Below, in pieces: positions 46,477-55,172 of a DNA stretch of 64,000 bases. The notes beneath the pieces are model-generated. The model ran no database searches. It was given only the letters and a program-made list of their open reading frames with translations, and was not told the DNA's origin. Numbering within the stretch: the first letter of the stretch is position 1; each line of letters starts with the position of its first letter. A program made the position numbers and the translations under genes. Source of the DNA: an uncultured delta proteobacterium (GTDB lineage: Bacteria > Myxococcota_A > Polyangia > Polyangiales > Polyangiaceae); the NCBI GenBank assembly GCA_963782055.1, contig CAWAIF010000003.1:6624001-6688000 (forward strand). The letters are read 5' to 3'.

Positions 46477-48306
46477 TCACGCGGCGATGCCGCGGGCGCG
46501 CAGGACGTCGCGCAGCAGGGGTTTCAGCTCGGGGGAGGCGGAGGGCATGCTCTGCTTGGCGAGCTCGACGAACCGACCGGCGCGCGAGACCTTCAGCCCG
46601 GAGAGCGCGGCCTGACGCTCCTGCGGCGCGCCGTGCTCCAGCACGCCGAGCAAGAACTCGGCGGCCTCGACGGTGTCCACCTTCGCCAGGGCGTGCAGCG
46701 CCGACGCACGCACCGACATCTGCGCGGACTCGCGGACGATGCGCGAGAGCGGGTCGAAGGCGTGCGCGAAGTGGAGCGACTGGACCGCCTTCGCCGCCTG
46801 GTCGACGACGGCGGAGTCGCTGTCCCGCAGGGCCGCGCGCAAGGTGATGAAGCTGCGCTTGAAGAAGAGGGTCTGCAGGGAGGTGAGGACGGCGAGCCTC
46901 ACCGGGCGCTCCGGCCGGGCGAAGAGCTTCTCCAGCGGCGAGAGGACGGCGTAGAGCTGGAGCTGCGCCAGCTGCTCGGCGAGCCGCACGCGACCCGAGA
47001 CGGCTGCCTTGGAGGAGTCCTCCGGCCGGCCCTCCACCGCGAAGGCGGTGAGCCGCGCGAGCATCGCCTTGCGGCGGGTGAGGTCGGGCCACTGCTTGTT
47101 GAGCAGGACGTCGGCGCACGCCTCCGCGGCGCTCCCCTGCTGCTCCCACTCGATGAGGTCGACGTGCCACACGTCGGGGAACTGGTTGTCCTGCTTCAGG
47201 TGCGCGGGCAGCGGGGCCGCGTCGATCGCCTCGTCCTTCACGCCCTCGTAGCGCCTGGCCGCGCGCGCGTAGTGCTTCTTGCGCGCCGGCTCGAGGTCCA
47301 TCATCGCCAGCTCCTCGTAGACCTTGCCGACGCGCCAGTACTGGCCCACCTCGCCGAAGGCGAGCACCGCGGCGAGCATGGCGTTCTCGGCGATCTCCGG
47401 CGGGGCGCCGCGCTCCAGGTGCTGGCGGGCGACCTGCTGCCAGAGCTCGGCCTGCGCGAGGACGTAGTGCGCGCCCGTCGCCGCCATGCCGAGCGCGCGC
47501 GCGTACTCGCTCATCTCCCGGGCGATCGTCGCGGCGGCGGAGAACTCGCCCTTCTCCTTGGCCGCGGAGAGGGCATCCTCGAAGTACTGCAGGGCGAAGT
47601 ACTTGAGGTGGTCCTCGCGCAGGATGCGGATGCAGTTGACGTAGCCCTCCAGCACGTCCTCGAACATGCCGCCCTCGCGGCCGATCTGCACGAGCACCTG
47701 GAAGCAGTCGAAGGCGCGCTCGCGCTGGCCCACCGACTCGAAGTGGTCGGCCGCCTCCTCCAGGAGGCGGACGCTGGCGACGATGGCGTCGTGCGCCTGC
47801 CGCGCGTCGTCGCACTGCTTCGCGCACCGCGCCAGGTTGAACTGCACCAGCGCGGCGTTGTAGGCGTCGGCGCCGCCGCCCGTCACCTGCGTGAGGCGCG
47901 ACCAGAGAGCGCGCGCGCCCGCCCAGTCCGCCGCCTTCTCGCGATAGATCGCCGCGGCCGCCACCAGACCGGCGTTCTCCATCTCCCGCGCGGCCTGCGC
48001 CATGTCGCCGGCGGCAGCGAAGGTCCGCGCGCGGTCCACCGGCGGCACGGCCGCCAGCTTCGGCCCGGCGCGGCGGATGGCGTCGCGGTCGCTGTAGATC
48101 ATGTACCAGAGCACGGTGAGCGCGCTGCGGTGGTCCCCTCGACGGCTGAGCACGTCCTCCAGCGGCTTGAGGATGGCGAGGTAATCGTTCTCGGCGATGT
48201 GCGTCTGCTGCGCGGCGGTGACGAGCGAGTTTGCGGCGTCGTCCAGATCGCCGCGGGCCATCGACTGGCGAGCGCGATCGCGCAGGTAATACAGGTCGTC
48301 GAGCAT
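46477..48306 (-). CDS. TPR/SNAP-like + HEAT-repeat protein
   Basis: Long helical-repeat ORF with HEAT-like C-terminus (ALRDSDSAVVDQAAKA, VRASALHALA). Confidence 0.75.
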   Translation of the reverse strand: MLDDLYYLRDRARQSMARGDLDDAANSLVTAAQQTHIAENDYLAILKPLEDVLSRRGDHRSALTVLWYMIYSDRDAIRRAGPKLAAVPPVDRARTFAAAGDMAQAAREMENAGLVAAAAIYREKAADWAGARALWSRLTQVTGGGADAYNAALVQFNLARCAKQCDDARQAHDAIVASVRLLEEAADHFESVGQRERAFDCFQVLVQIGREGGMFEDVLEGYVNCIRILREDHLKYFALQYFEDALSAAKEKGEFSAAATIAREMSEYARALGMAATGAHYVLAQAELWQQVARQHLERGAPPEIAENAMLAAVLAFGEVGQYWRVGKVYEELAMMDLEPARKKHYARAARRYEGVKDEAIDAAPLPAHLKQDNQFPDVWHVDLIEWEQQGSAAEACADVLLNKQWPDLTRRKAMLARLTAFAVEGRPEDSSKAAVSGRVRLAEQLAQLQLYAVLSPLEKLFARPERPVRLAVLTSLQTLFFKRSFITLRAALRDSDSAVVDQAAKAVQSLHFAHAFDPLSRIVRESAQMSVRASALHALAKVDTVEAAEFLLGVLEHGAPQERQAALSGLKVSRAGRFVELAKQSMPSASPELKPLLRDVLRARGIAA

Positions 48307-48440
48307 GGTGGTGGAGTCGCGCTTACAGTAGCATCGCCCGAGCGCACCCGGACCCCCGCGACGCCGCGGATGCGCGGCGCATCCAACTACACCCGCTACG
48401 GGCCGTCGGCCGGCCCGCGGCCGGACCTCAGTGGCACACC

Positions 48441-49124
48441 ATGATCGAGCTCTTTGCCTGGCCCACCCCCAACGGACACAAGATCTCCATCTTCCTGGAA
48501 GAGGCGGAGACCCCCTACCGCGTCACCCCGGTGAACATCGGCAAGGGCGAGCAGTTCGCGCCGGAGTTCTTGAAGATCAGCCCCAACAACCGGATGCCCG
48601 CCATCGTCGACCCCGACGGCCCCGGCGGCGAGCCCATCAGCGTCTTCGAATCGGGCGCCATCCTGATGTACCTGGGCGACAAGACCGGGCGCTTCTTCCC
48701 GAAGGAGACGCGCGCCCGCTCCAGGGTGACGGAGTGGCTCATGTGGCAGATGGGCGGCGTCGGGCCGATGTTCGGGCAGATGACGCACTTCACCCGCTAC
48801 GCGCCGGAGAAGCTCCCCTACGCCGTCGATCGCTACACCAAGGAGTCGCACCGGCTGACCGGCGTGCTGGACCGCCGCCTGGCGGAGGCGGAGTTCGTCG
48901 CGGGTGAGTACTCGATCGCCGACATGGCCATCTTCCCGTGGGTCCACGGCCTGGCCGATCACCTCGGCCTGGAGGAGCGGCCCAACGTCCGCCGCTGGCT
49001 GGAGGTGCTGCGCGCGCGCCCCGGCGTGCAGCGCGGCCTCGAGCTCCTGAAGGAGGTCCGCCGCAAGGGCCCGATGACCGACGAGGAGAAGGAGGTCCTC
49101 TTCGGCAAGAAGCAATTCAGGTGA
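48441..49124 (+). CDS. Glutathione S-transferase (YfcG/YghU-like)
   Basis: TPNGHKI, SPNNRMPAI, FESGAIL, WQMGGVGPMFGQ and YSIADMA motifs. Confidence 0.93.
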   Translation: MIELFAWPTPNGHKISIFLEEAETPYRVTPVNIGKGEQFAPEFLKISPNNRMPAIVDPDGPGGEPISVFESGAILMYLGDKTGRFFPKETRARSRVTEWLMWQMGGVGPMFGQMTHFTRYAPEKLPYAVDRYTKESHRLTGVLDRRLAEAEFVAGEYSIADMAIFPWVHGLADHLGLEERPNVRRWLEVLRARPGVQRGLELLKEVRRKGPMTDEEKEVLFGKKQFR

Positions 49125-49127
49125 GGG

Positions 49128-49952
49128 TCACGCCGACGGTGGCTGGGGGGGAGCGCTCGTCCGGTTCGCCGCCGCGCGCTCGCGGCGCGCGCGCGGGATG
49201 CCGATGATCAGCTCCACCAGGCCGAGAGCGATGTAGCAGGCCAGCAGCCACACCAGCACGAAGGCCGGCCGCGTCTGCAGCGAGATGATCGCGCTCGAGC
49301 CGATGACGAAGAAGACCAGCGCCACCGAGCGCGCGTTGAAGCGCAGGTCCTTGAAGGACCGGAAGCGGATGGTGGAGACCATCAAAAAGCTCAGGAAGAC
49401 GGTGAGCAGGCAGAGCGGCCAGACGTACTGCGGCCCGCTCAAATCCCCGCCGATGGCGTGGTTCGCCAGCACGAGCGAGACCAGGATGCCCGCGGCGCCC
49501 GGGATGACGAGCCCGATGACGTACTTGCCCGGCTTGGTGGGCGCCCCGCCCTCCCCCATGCTCAGGACGTTGAAGCGCGCCAGGCGCACCGCGCCCGCGC
49601 CGACGAAGAGGAAGGCGCACACCAGACCGATGACGCCCGCCTGGTGCAGCGACCACTGGAAGACGAGCAGCGCCGGGGCCACCCCGAAGGAGACCAGGTC
49701 CGCCAGCGAGTCGATCTGCAGGCCGAAGGCGCTCTGCGTCTTGGTGAGTCGCGCCACGCGCCCATCGAGCATGTCGAAGAGCAGGGCGAAGACGAGCAGG
49801 ATGGAGGCGCGGTAGAAGTCGTCGTCGCTCTGCCCGCGCGCGGCGAGGCGGATGGAGTCGAATCCGCAGAAGATGGACGAGAGGGTGATGAGGTTCGGCA
49901 GCAAGAAGAGCGTCTTCTTGAGGTCGAGCTTCTTCCGGCGTTCTCTCGGCAC
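49128..49952 (-). CDS. pssA: CDP-diacylglycerol--serine O-phosphatidyltransferase
   Basis: LPNLIT, DMLDGRVAR...FGLQIDSLADLVSFGVAP and RLARFN motifs. Confidence 0.93.
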   Translation of the reverse strand: MPRERRKKLDLKKTLFLLPNLITLSSIFCGFDSIRLAARGQSDDDFYRASILLVFALLFDMLDGRVARLTKTQSAFGLQIDSLADLVSFGVAPALLVFQWSLHQAGVIGLVCAFLFVGAGAVRLARFNVLSMGEGGAPTKPGKYVIGLVIPGAAGILVSLVLANHAIGGDLSGPQYVWPLCLLTVFLSFLMVSTIRFRSFKDLRFNARSVALVFFVIGSSAIISLQTRPAFVLVWLLACYIALGLVELIIGIPRARRERAAANRTSAPPQPPSA

Positions 49953-50166
49953 GAATGTCCTCTCGTCGCGAAATGAAGACCATGACGCAAACGCCGCGGC
50001 GCGTAAAGAGAAGCACCCTATGCGCCCCCGACACCGGTGCGTAGCGCGTTACCCGCCCACCTCATCCTCGTTGCTTCCCACCATCCGTCGCCGGGTGGTG
50101 TGCGCCGGGGCCGCGGGAGGGCCGGAAATTGGCCTCGGGGCGGGGAGCGGCCTACGCTTGGAGCGC

Positions 50167-51012
50167 ATGTGCCGAACCTACGGACTCTGCGCGCTCGTCC
50201 TTCCCCTGCTCGTGGCCTGCGCCCACGGACAGAGCGCCGAGGACCGCCAGCTCGCCCAGATGCGCGACGAGCTGAGCCAGGTCCAGCACGACAGCGACCG
50301 CTTCGACCAGCGCCTCTCCTCGCTGGAGGTGCAGGCCGCCGACGAGACGCACCGTCCCGCGCGGCCCACCGACACCTCCCCCACCCCGCGGCTACGGGTG
50401 GTGCGCCTCTCGCCCGACGGCTCGGAGATCTCCCAGTCCTCCAGCGAGACCGCGGGGGCCAGCACCGAGGACGACTCCCCCCGGCCGGTCATCCGCGTCC
50501 GCGGCACCCGCGGCCGGAAGGCCGACGTCATCGAGGAGACGCTCCCCGACGAGACGGCGAACATCGGCCACACCCCGCACTCGGGGCGCCCCTCCGCGCT
50601 CGACCCGGCGGCCAAGCGCGCCTACGACGCGGCGCTCGCCCTGGTGAACTCCAAGCACTACACCGAGGCGCTCGACGCCTTCGCCGCCTTCCTCATCCGC
50701 TACCCCGACCACCCTTACGCCGCCAACGCCACCTACTGGCGAGGCGAGTGCTACTACGCGCAAGGCGACTACGTCCGGGCGAAGGAGCAGTTCGAGGGGG
50801 TCATCGCCCGCTTCCCGCTGGGCAACAAGACGCCCGACGCGCTCCTGAAGCTCGGCCTCTGCCAGCAGAAGCTCGGGAACCCGGCGCGGGCGCGCACCTA
50901 CTTCGACAAGCTGCTGCAACAGTATCCGAAGAGCGACGCGGCGCGACGCATCCCGCGTGACGCATCCGACCGAAGCGGCGCGGCCGGTCCAGGCGTCAAG
51001 GAGTCTCCATGA
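50167..51012 (+). CDS. cpoB: Tol-Pal-associated CpoB/YbgF-like lipoprotein
   Basis: LVAC lipobox, coiled coil, TPRs FLIRYP..YAANATYWRGE and KTPDALLKLG. Confidence 0.85.
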   Translation: MCRTYGLCALVLPLLVACAHGQSAEDRQLAQMRDELSQVQHDSDRFDQRLSSLEVQAADETHRPARPTDTSPTPRLRVVRLSPDGSEISQSSSETAGASTEDDSPRPVIRVRGTRGRKADVIEETLPDETANIGHTPHSGRPSALDPAAKRAYDAALALVNSKHYTEALDAFAAFLIRYPDHPYAANATYWRGECYYAQGDYVRAKEQFEGVIARFPLGNKTPDALLKLGLCQQKLGNPARARTYFDKLLQQYPKSDAARRIPRDASDRSGAAGPGVKESP

Positions 51013-52412
51013 GAGCGTATCGGTTCGCAGACCACCACACTCGCAGGGTGCTCGCCTTTGGAGCGGCGGCGCTCGTGCTCCCCTTCTCGGCGGTCTCGGT
51101 CGCCTTCGCGCAGGACCAGGGCGGCGGCGGCAGCGCGCAGGGCTCGGCCGCCGGCGGCGGCGGCGCGGAGCAAGGCGCCCCGACGGTGACGACGCAGACG
51201 CAGTACTTCCCCGGCGGCGTGCTCCCCCCGCCCGCCGGCGTCCCCCTCGGCGGCGGCAACAACACCAACTCCTCCTCGCAGACCTACAGCGGCAACAAGG
51301 AGGACACCTTCGACAGCGACCCCAACGCCAGCACCGGTGCGGGGACCATCTACGGCAACCCCAACGGCGGCGCCGACTTCGGGACGCAATCCTCCGGGTC
51401 CATCACCGTTGGTGGAGGCCCCGTGCCGAACGTCTACGTCGTCAAGCGCGGCGACACGCTGTGGGCGATCTGCGACACCTTCCTCCACAACCCGTACCAG
51501 TGGCCCCGCGTCTGGTCCTACAACCCGCAGATCCAGAACCCGCACTGGATCTACCCGGGCGACCAGGTGAAGCTCCACTCCGGCGGGATCACCGGCGCCA
51601 CCGGCCCCAGCGCGAAGCAAGGCGGGACCATGCCGCCGGGCAACGGCAGCTTCATCGACCGGCGCCGCCGCGTGGTGCCGCAGACCGTCTTCCTGCGCGA
51701 CACCGGCTTCATCGCCGACGACGAGAAGGACAACTGGGGGGAGATCTCCGGCGCCGCCGTCGACAAGATGTTCCTGACCGACACCGACCAGGTCTACCTG
51801 CGCATCGGCCCGGAGCACGACGTGAAGCTCGGCCAGGAGCTCACCGTCTTCCGCCCGGTGCGCAAGGTGGGCGGCGGGCAGCTCGTGCAGATCCAGGGCA
51901 CGGTGCGCGTGGACCGCTGGGACCCCAAGCAGCGCGTCGCGCGGGCGCAGGTGGTCGAGTCGCTGGACGTCATCGAGCGGGGCGCGCGCATCGGCCCGGT
52001 CGGTCGCAAGTTCGACGTCGTCGCGCCCGTCCGCAACCAGAAGGACGTGCAGGCGCAGGTGCTCGCGAGCGTCTACCCGCACAACTTCTACGGGCAGAAC
52101 CAGGTGGTCTTCATCGACAAGGGCGAGAAGGACGGCCTGCAGGTCGGCAACCGCCTCTTCGTCGTGCGCCGCGGCGATGCCTGGGAGAAGAGCCTCGCCA
52201 GCAAGGTGGCGGGCCTGCGCATCGCGCTGGAGAGCAACTCCCCCGCGGAGGTGGAGAAGCCGCCGACCATCGCCGAGTCGAAGGCCCCGCCGGAGGTGGT
52301 GGGCGAGCTGCGGGTGCTCTCGGTGCGCGATCACACGTCGGCGGCGCTGGTGACGCAGTCGACGCGGGAGATCGAGCTGGGCGACGACGCGGTGGCGCGC
52401 AAGGGGTACTGA
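51009..52412 (+). CDS. LysM peptidoglycan-binding secreted protein
   Basis: YVVKRGDTLWAIC...WPRVWSYNPQIQNPHWIYPGD; ATGA-coupled to cpoB. Confidence 0.9.
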   Translation: MRAYRFADHHTRRVLAFGAAALVLPFSAVSVAFAQDQGGGGSAQGSAAGGGGAEQGAPTVTTQTQYFPGGVLPPPAGVPLGGGNNTNSSSQTYSGNKEDTFDSDPNASTGAGTIYGNPNGGADFGTQSSGSITVGGGPVPNVYVVKRGDTLWAICDTFLHNPYQWPRVWSYNPQIQNPHWIYPGDQVKLHSGGITGATGPSAKQGGTMPPGNGSFIDRRRRVVPQTVFLRDTGFIADDEKDNWGEISGAAVDKMFLTDTDQVYLRIGPEHDVKLGQELTVFRPVRKVGGGQLVQIQGTVRVDRWDPKQRVARAQVVESLDVIERGARIGPVGRKFDVVAPVRNQKDVQAQVLASVYPHNFYGQNQVVFIDKGEKDGLQVGNRLFVVRRGDAWEKSLASKVAGLRIALESNSPAEVEKPPTIAESKAPPEVVGELRVLSVRDHTSAALVTQSTREIELGDDAVARKGY

Positions 52413-52430
52413 AGAGAGAGAGAGAGAGAG
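52413..52430. repeat. (AG)9 microsatellite
   Basis: Immediately after the LysM gene stop. Confidence 0.9.
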
Positions 52431-52437
52431 GAGGGAT

Positions 52438-52626
52438 GCCCCTCCTCGCGTGTGCTCGGGCCCATGCTCGCTCGCACGCGCGCCGATCGATGGGTGCAGA
52501 GTGCACGCGCTCCGGCACGCGCGCGAGCTTGCGCGTGGGCCCTGCGCGCACGCGTCCTCCCCACGGTGTCGCGCTCCGCGCGCCACACGGGGAGGAGGGT
52601 GCGCCGCGCGGGGCGGACCTCGGCGC
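52438..52626 (+). repeat. Left ~190-bp imperfect inverted repeat (pairs with 60171-60359)
   Basis: Collinear blocks shared with the reverse complement of the right copy: GCCCCTCC, TGCTCGGG, CTCCGGCACGC, GCTTGCGCG, CCCTGCGCG, TGTCGCGCTCCGCGCGCCA, GGGGAGG, GGTGCGCCGC, CGGACCTCGGCGC. Confidence 0.88.
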
Positions 52627-52676
52627 AGGGAACCGGGCGCGAGCGCGAAGCGCGGGCGCGAGGGCGGGCGGCTGGC

Positions 52677-52716
52677 GATCGGCGACGTTGCCGAAAGATC
52701 GGCGACGTCGCCGATC
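52677..52716. repeat. Double palindrome, copy 1
   Basis: GATCGGCGACGTTGCCGA-AAGA-TCGGCGACGTCGCCGATC, 4 nt past the stop of 52721-53407. Confidence 0.85.
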
Positions 52717-52720
52717 GGCG

Positions 52721-53407
52721 TCACTCGACGGGGACGCGCGCCTTGGCCAGCGAGCGCAGCACGTCACCGAAGAGGCGCACGGGGATGCGGCCGATCGTGA
52801 CGTGGCCACCGGCGTAGTGAACGGTAACCTCCTTCGCCGACGCAGGGACGTGCTTGACGATCTCCGTCACGACAGGGCTGCGCTTCGCCCCGGTCGCGCC
52901 CGCCTTGCGCACCTTCTTCGTCGCGTCCCGGAGCTGCGCCACGGTCGCGTCGGCGAAGGGCACCGTCCCGGCGCCCCTTGGGATCCGGAGCTTGCCGAAG
53001 TCCACGGGGATGCGGCCGCTGGCCGGCTTGCCGTGCTTCGCCTCGAGGTAGTCGACGACCGCGTCGATCTTGCTGGCGCCGTAGCGCTTCTCCTCGTCGG
53101 GCGAGGCGTACCTCGCCACGCGCGCGCTCCGCAGCACGTTGCGCACCGTCTCGTTCGGGAGGTACTTCCTCACGAAGTCGCCGACGGTGGAGACCCCGCC
53201 GGCGAGGTAGAGCGGCGGGTTGTGGTCCAGGATCTCGCCGACGGCCTCGTACTTGCGGTCGAAGGCGAACGCGTCCTCGCGGTCGGCGCGCCGGAGGGCC
53301 GAGAGGGACGCAGCCCAGGCCTTCTTGAGGGACTGGTCCACCTTCACGGCGACGGTGCGCTGGACAGGGCGTCGGGGCTTCGCGGCCCTCCTCTTCGTGG
53401 TCGTCAT
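52721..53407 (-). CDS. Basic putative DNA-binding protein (DUF3102/ParB-HTH-like, tentative)
   Basis: Lys/Arg-rich. LYLAGGVSTVGDFVRKYL..ETVRNVLRSARVARY resembles the F..F....L...R.A...M.VA HTH pattern. Confidence 0.65.
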   Translation of the reverse strand: MTTTKRRAAKPRRPVQRTVAVKVDQSLKKAWAASLSALRRADREDAFAFDRKYEAVGEILDHNPPLYLAGGVSTVGDFVRKYLPNETVRNVLRSARVARYASPDEEKRYGASKIDAVVDYLEAKHGKPASGRIPVDFGKLRIPRGAGTVPFADATVAQLRDATKKVRKAGATGAKRSPVVTEIVKHVPASAKEVTVHYAGGHVTIGRIPVRLFGDVLRSLAKARVPVE

Positions 53408-53449
53408 GCGGCGGAGTGTCGCGAGAAGCGCCGCTCGGGGCAAGCCCCC

Positions 53450-53493
53450 GATCGCGCTCACGCCAGCGCTCGCATTCGCTGATCGCGATCAGC
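53450..53493. promoter_or_regulatory. Putative enhancer (UAS) pair 1
   Basis: GATCGCGCTC at 53450 and GATCGCGATC at 53481 (inside the perfect palindrome GCTGATCGCGATCAGC); 31-bp spacing. Confidence 0.65.
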
Positions 53494-53555
53494 CCGCCGC
53501 CGCACCCGGCGACGACAAGCCCGCGAGAACACTGGGCGCCGGAGGCAAGCGCGGC

Positions 53556-53570
53556 TGGCGCCCAGGTTGC
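53556..53570 (+). promoter_or_regulatory. sigma54 promoter P1 (DUF2130-kinase-activator genes)
   Basis: CTGGCGCCCAGGTTGCA; exact GG-N10-GC with TTGC. Confidence 0.7.
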
Positions 53571-53664
53571 AACCGGTGCTTGCGGCGCCCTCGCGCCGGC
53601 CCCCCCCCGTGGGGGGGGCAGCCAACCACGCGGCCGATGTCCGCGTGCTTCCCAGGAGCTTGCC

Positions 53665-55030
53665 ATGAAGAACGAACACCAAGCAATGACGACGCCGATT
53701 CGATGCCCGAAGTGTGGAGCCGAGCTCGGGCTCGACGCCGTGATCCGCGCTCGAGATCGCCCGCGACATGGAAGGGCAGCTCGCCGAGCAGCGGAAGGCG
53801 GCCGCAGCCACGGAGGCCGAGCTCCTCCGCCGCCGACGTACGATGGAGGAGAGGGAACAGGAGATGCTCCTCGACATGGAGCGACGTCTCCACGAGAAGA
53901 CCGAGGCGATCCGCGCGCAGGAGGCGAAGGTCGCCGTCGAGCGGGCGCGACGCGACGCGGAACAAGGGATGCAGGAGAAGAACCGCGAGCTGGCCGAGAT
54001 GCAGGCTCGTCTTCGTGGCGCCAATGCCAAGGAGGCCGACCTGCTCCGGCGTGAGCGGCTCGTCATCCAGCGTGAGGAGCAGAACACGCTGGAGGTGGAA
54101 CGCCGGATCGCAGAGGAGATGCAGCGGGTTCGCAAAGAGCAGGCGGAGGCGGCGGAGCAGCGTCAGGCGCGGGAGCGCGACGAGCGCGCGCTCCGTGAGG
54201 AGGAGGACCGGCAGCAGAAGGCGCTCCTCGAGAAGAAGATCGTCGAGCTGGAGCACCAGCTGCGCAACGGCCCGAACCACGTGCATGGGGAAGCGCAGGA
54301 GGTACTGCTCCAGTCCGCACTCGCGCAAGAGTGGCCCCACGACGCCGTGCGCGACGTGCCGAAGGGTGTCGCCGGCGCCGACGTCCTGCATACGGTCCGC
54401 GGTCCCCATGGTGAGGACAGCGGCACGATCGTCTGGGAGAGCAAGCGGACGAAGGAATGGTCCAGGGCGTGGATCAGCAAGGTGCGACGCGATCAGACCG
54501 CGGCTGGCGCGTCGCTCGCCGTCATCGTCACCCGTGCGCTGCCGGCTGGCATCCGTGGCTTCGGGTCCCACGAGGGCGTGTGGGTGTGCGAGTGGCCGTA
54601 CGCGGTGGCGCTCGGTGCGGCGTTGCGCGCGGGCCTCGTGGAGCTGTCTAGTGCCAGGCGCGCGGCGGAAGGTCGGGGAGAGAAGACCCAGGTGATGTAC
54701 GAGTACCTCACCGGGCCTGAGTTCAAGAACAGGGTGGAGGGATTGCTCGATGCGTTCAGGGAGTTGAAACACGACCTCGAGTCGGAACGACAAGCCACCG
54801 AGAGGCGCTGGGCGCGTCAGGATCGCCTGCTCCAGCGCGCCAGCACCAACGTCGTCACGTTCTGTGGGGACATCGACGGCATCTTGGGGGCACGCCTTGT
54901 CGGCAAGCACCGGGACGCGCTCGCCAGCGGTGATGAGGGAACCCCGCGTACCCCGTCGGCGAAGCTCCTCCCCCGCTCGAGCGCAGCGCTCGTGGCACGG
55001 CCGCCGCGACGCCGGAAGCTCGCCCGCTGA
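53665..55030 (+). CDS. DUF2130-like protein (CxxC, coiled coil, restriction-endonuclease-like C-terminus); frameshifted at ~53752 in this sequence
   Basis: AGGAG RBS; IRCPKCG; GEAQEV.LQ..L...WPHD.V.DV.KG..GADV; GTIVWESKRTKEWS..WI.K; MYEYLTGPEF. Removing one base gives ...VIRAEIARDMEGQL... Confidence 0.82.
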
Positions 55031-55172
55031 TCGATGACGACGCCCTCGTGAGCCATCATGCCGAGTGACGAACGCGGCCAGCCCAGCCACTCGACGCTGG
55101 AGCTGGCCGCGTGGGCTCGTCTTTGGAGCCGTGGATGTGCATTGCACGCTATCCTTCCCGGTCGTGGATCGC

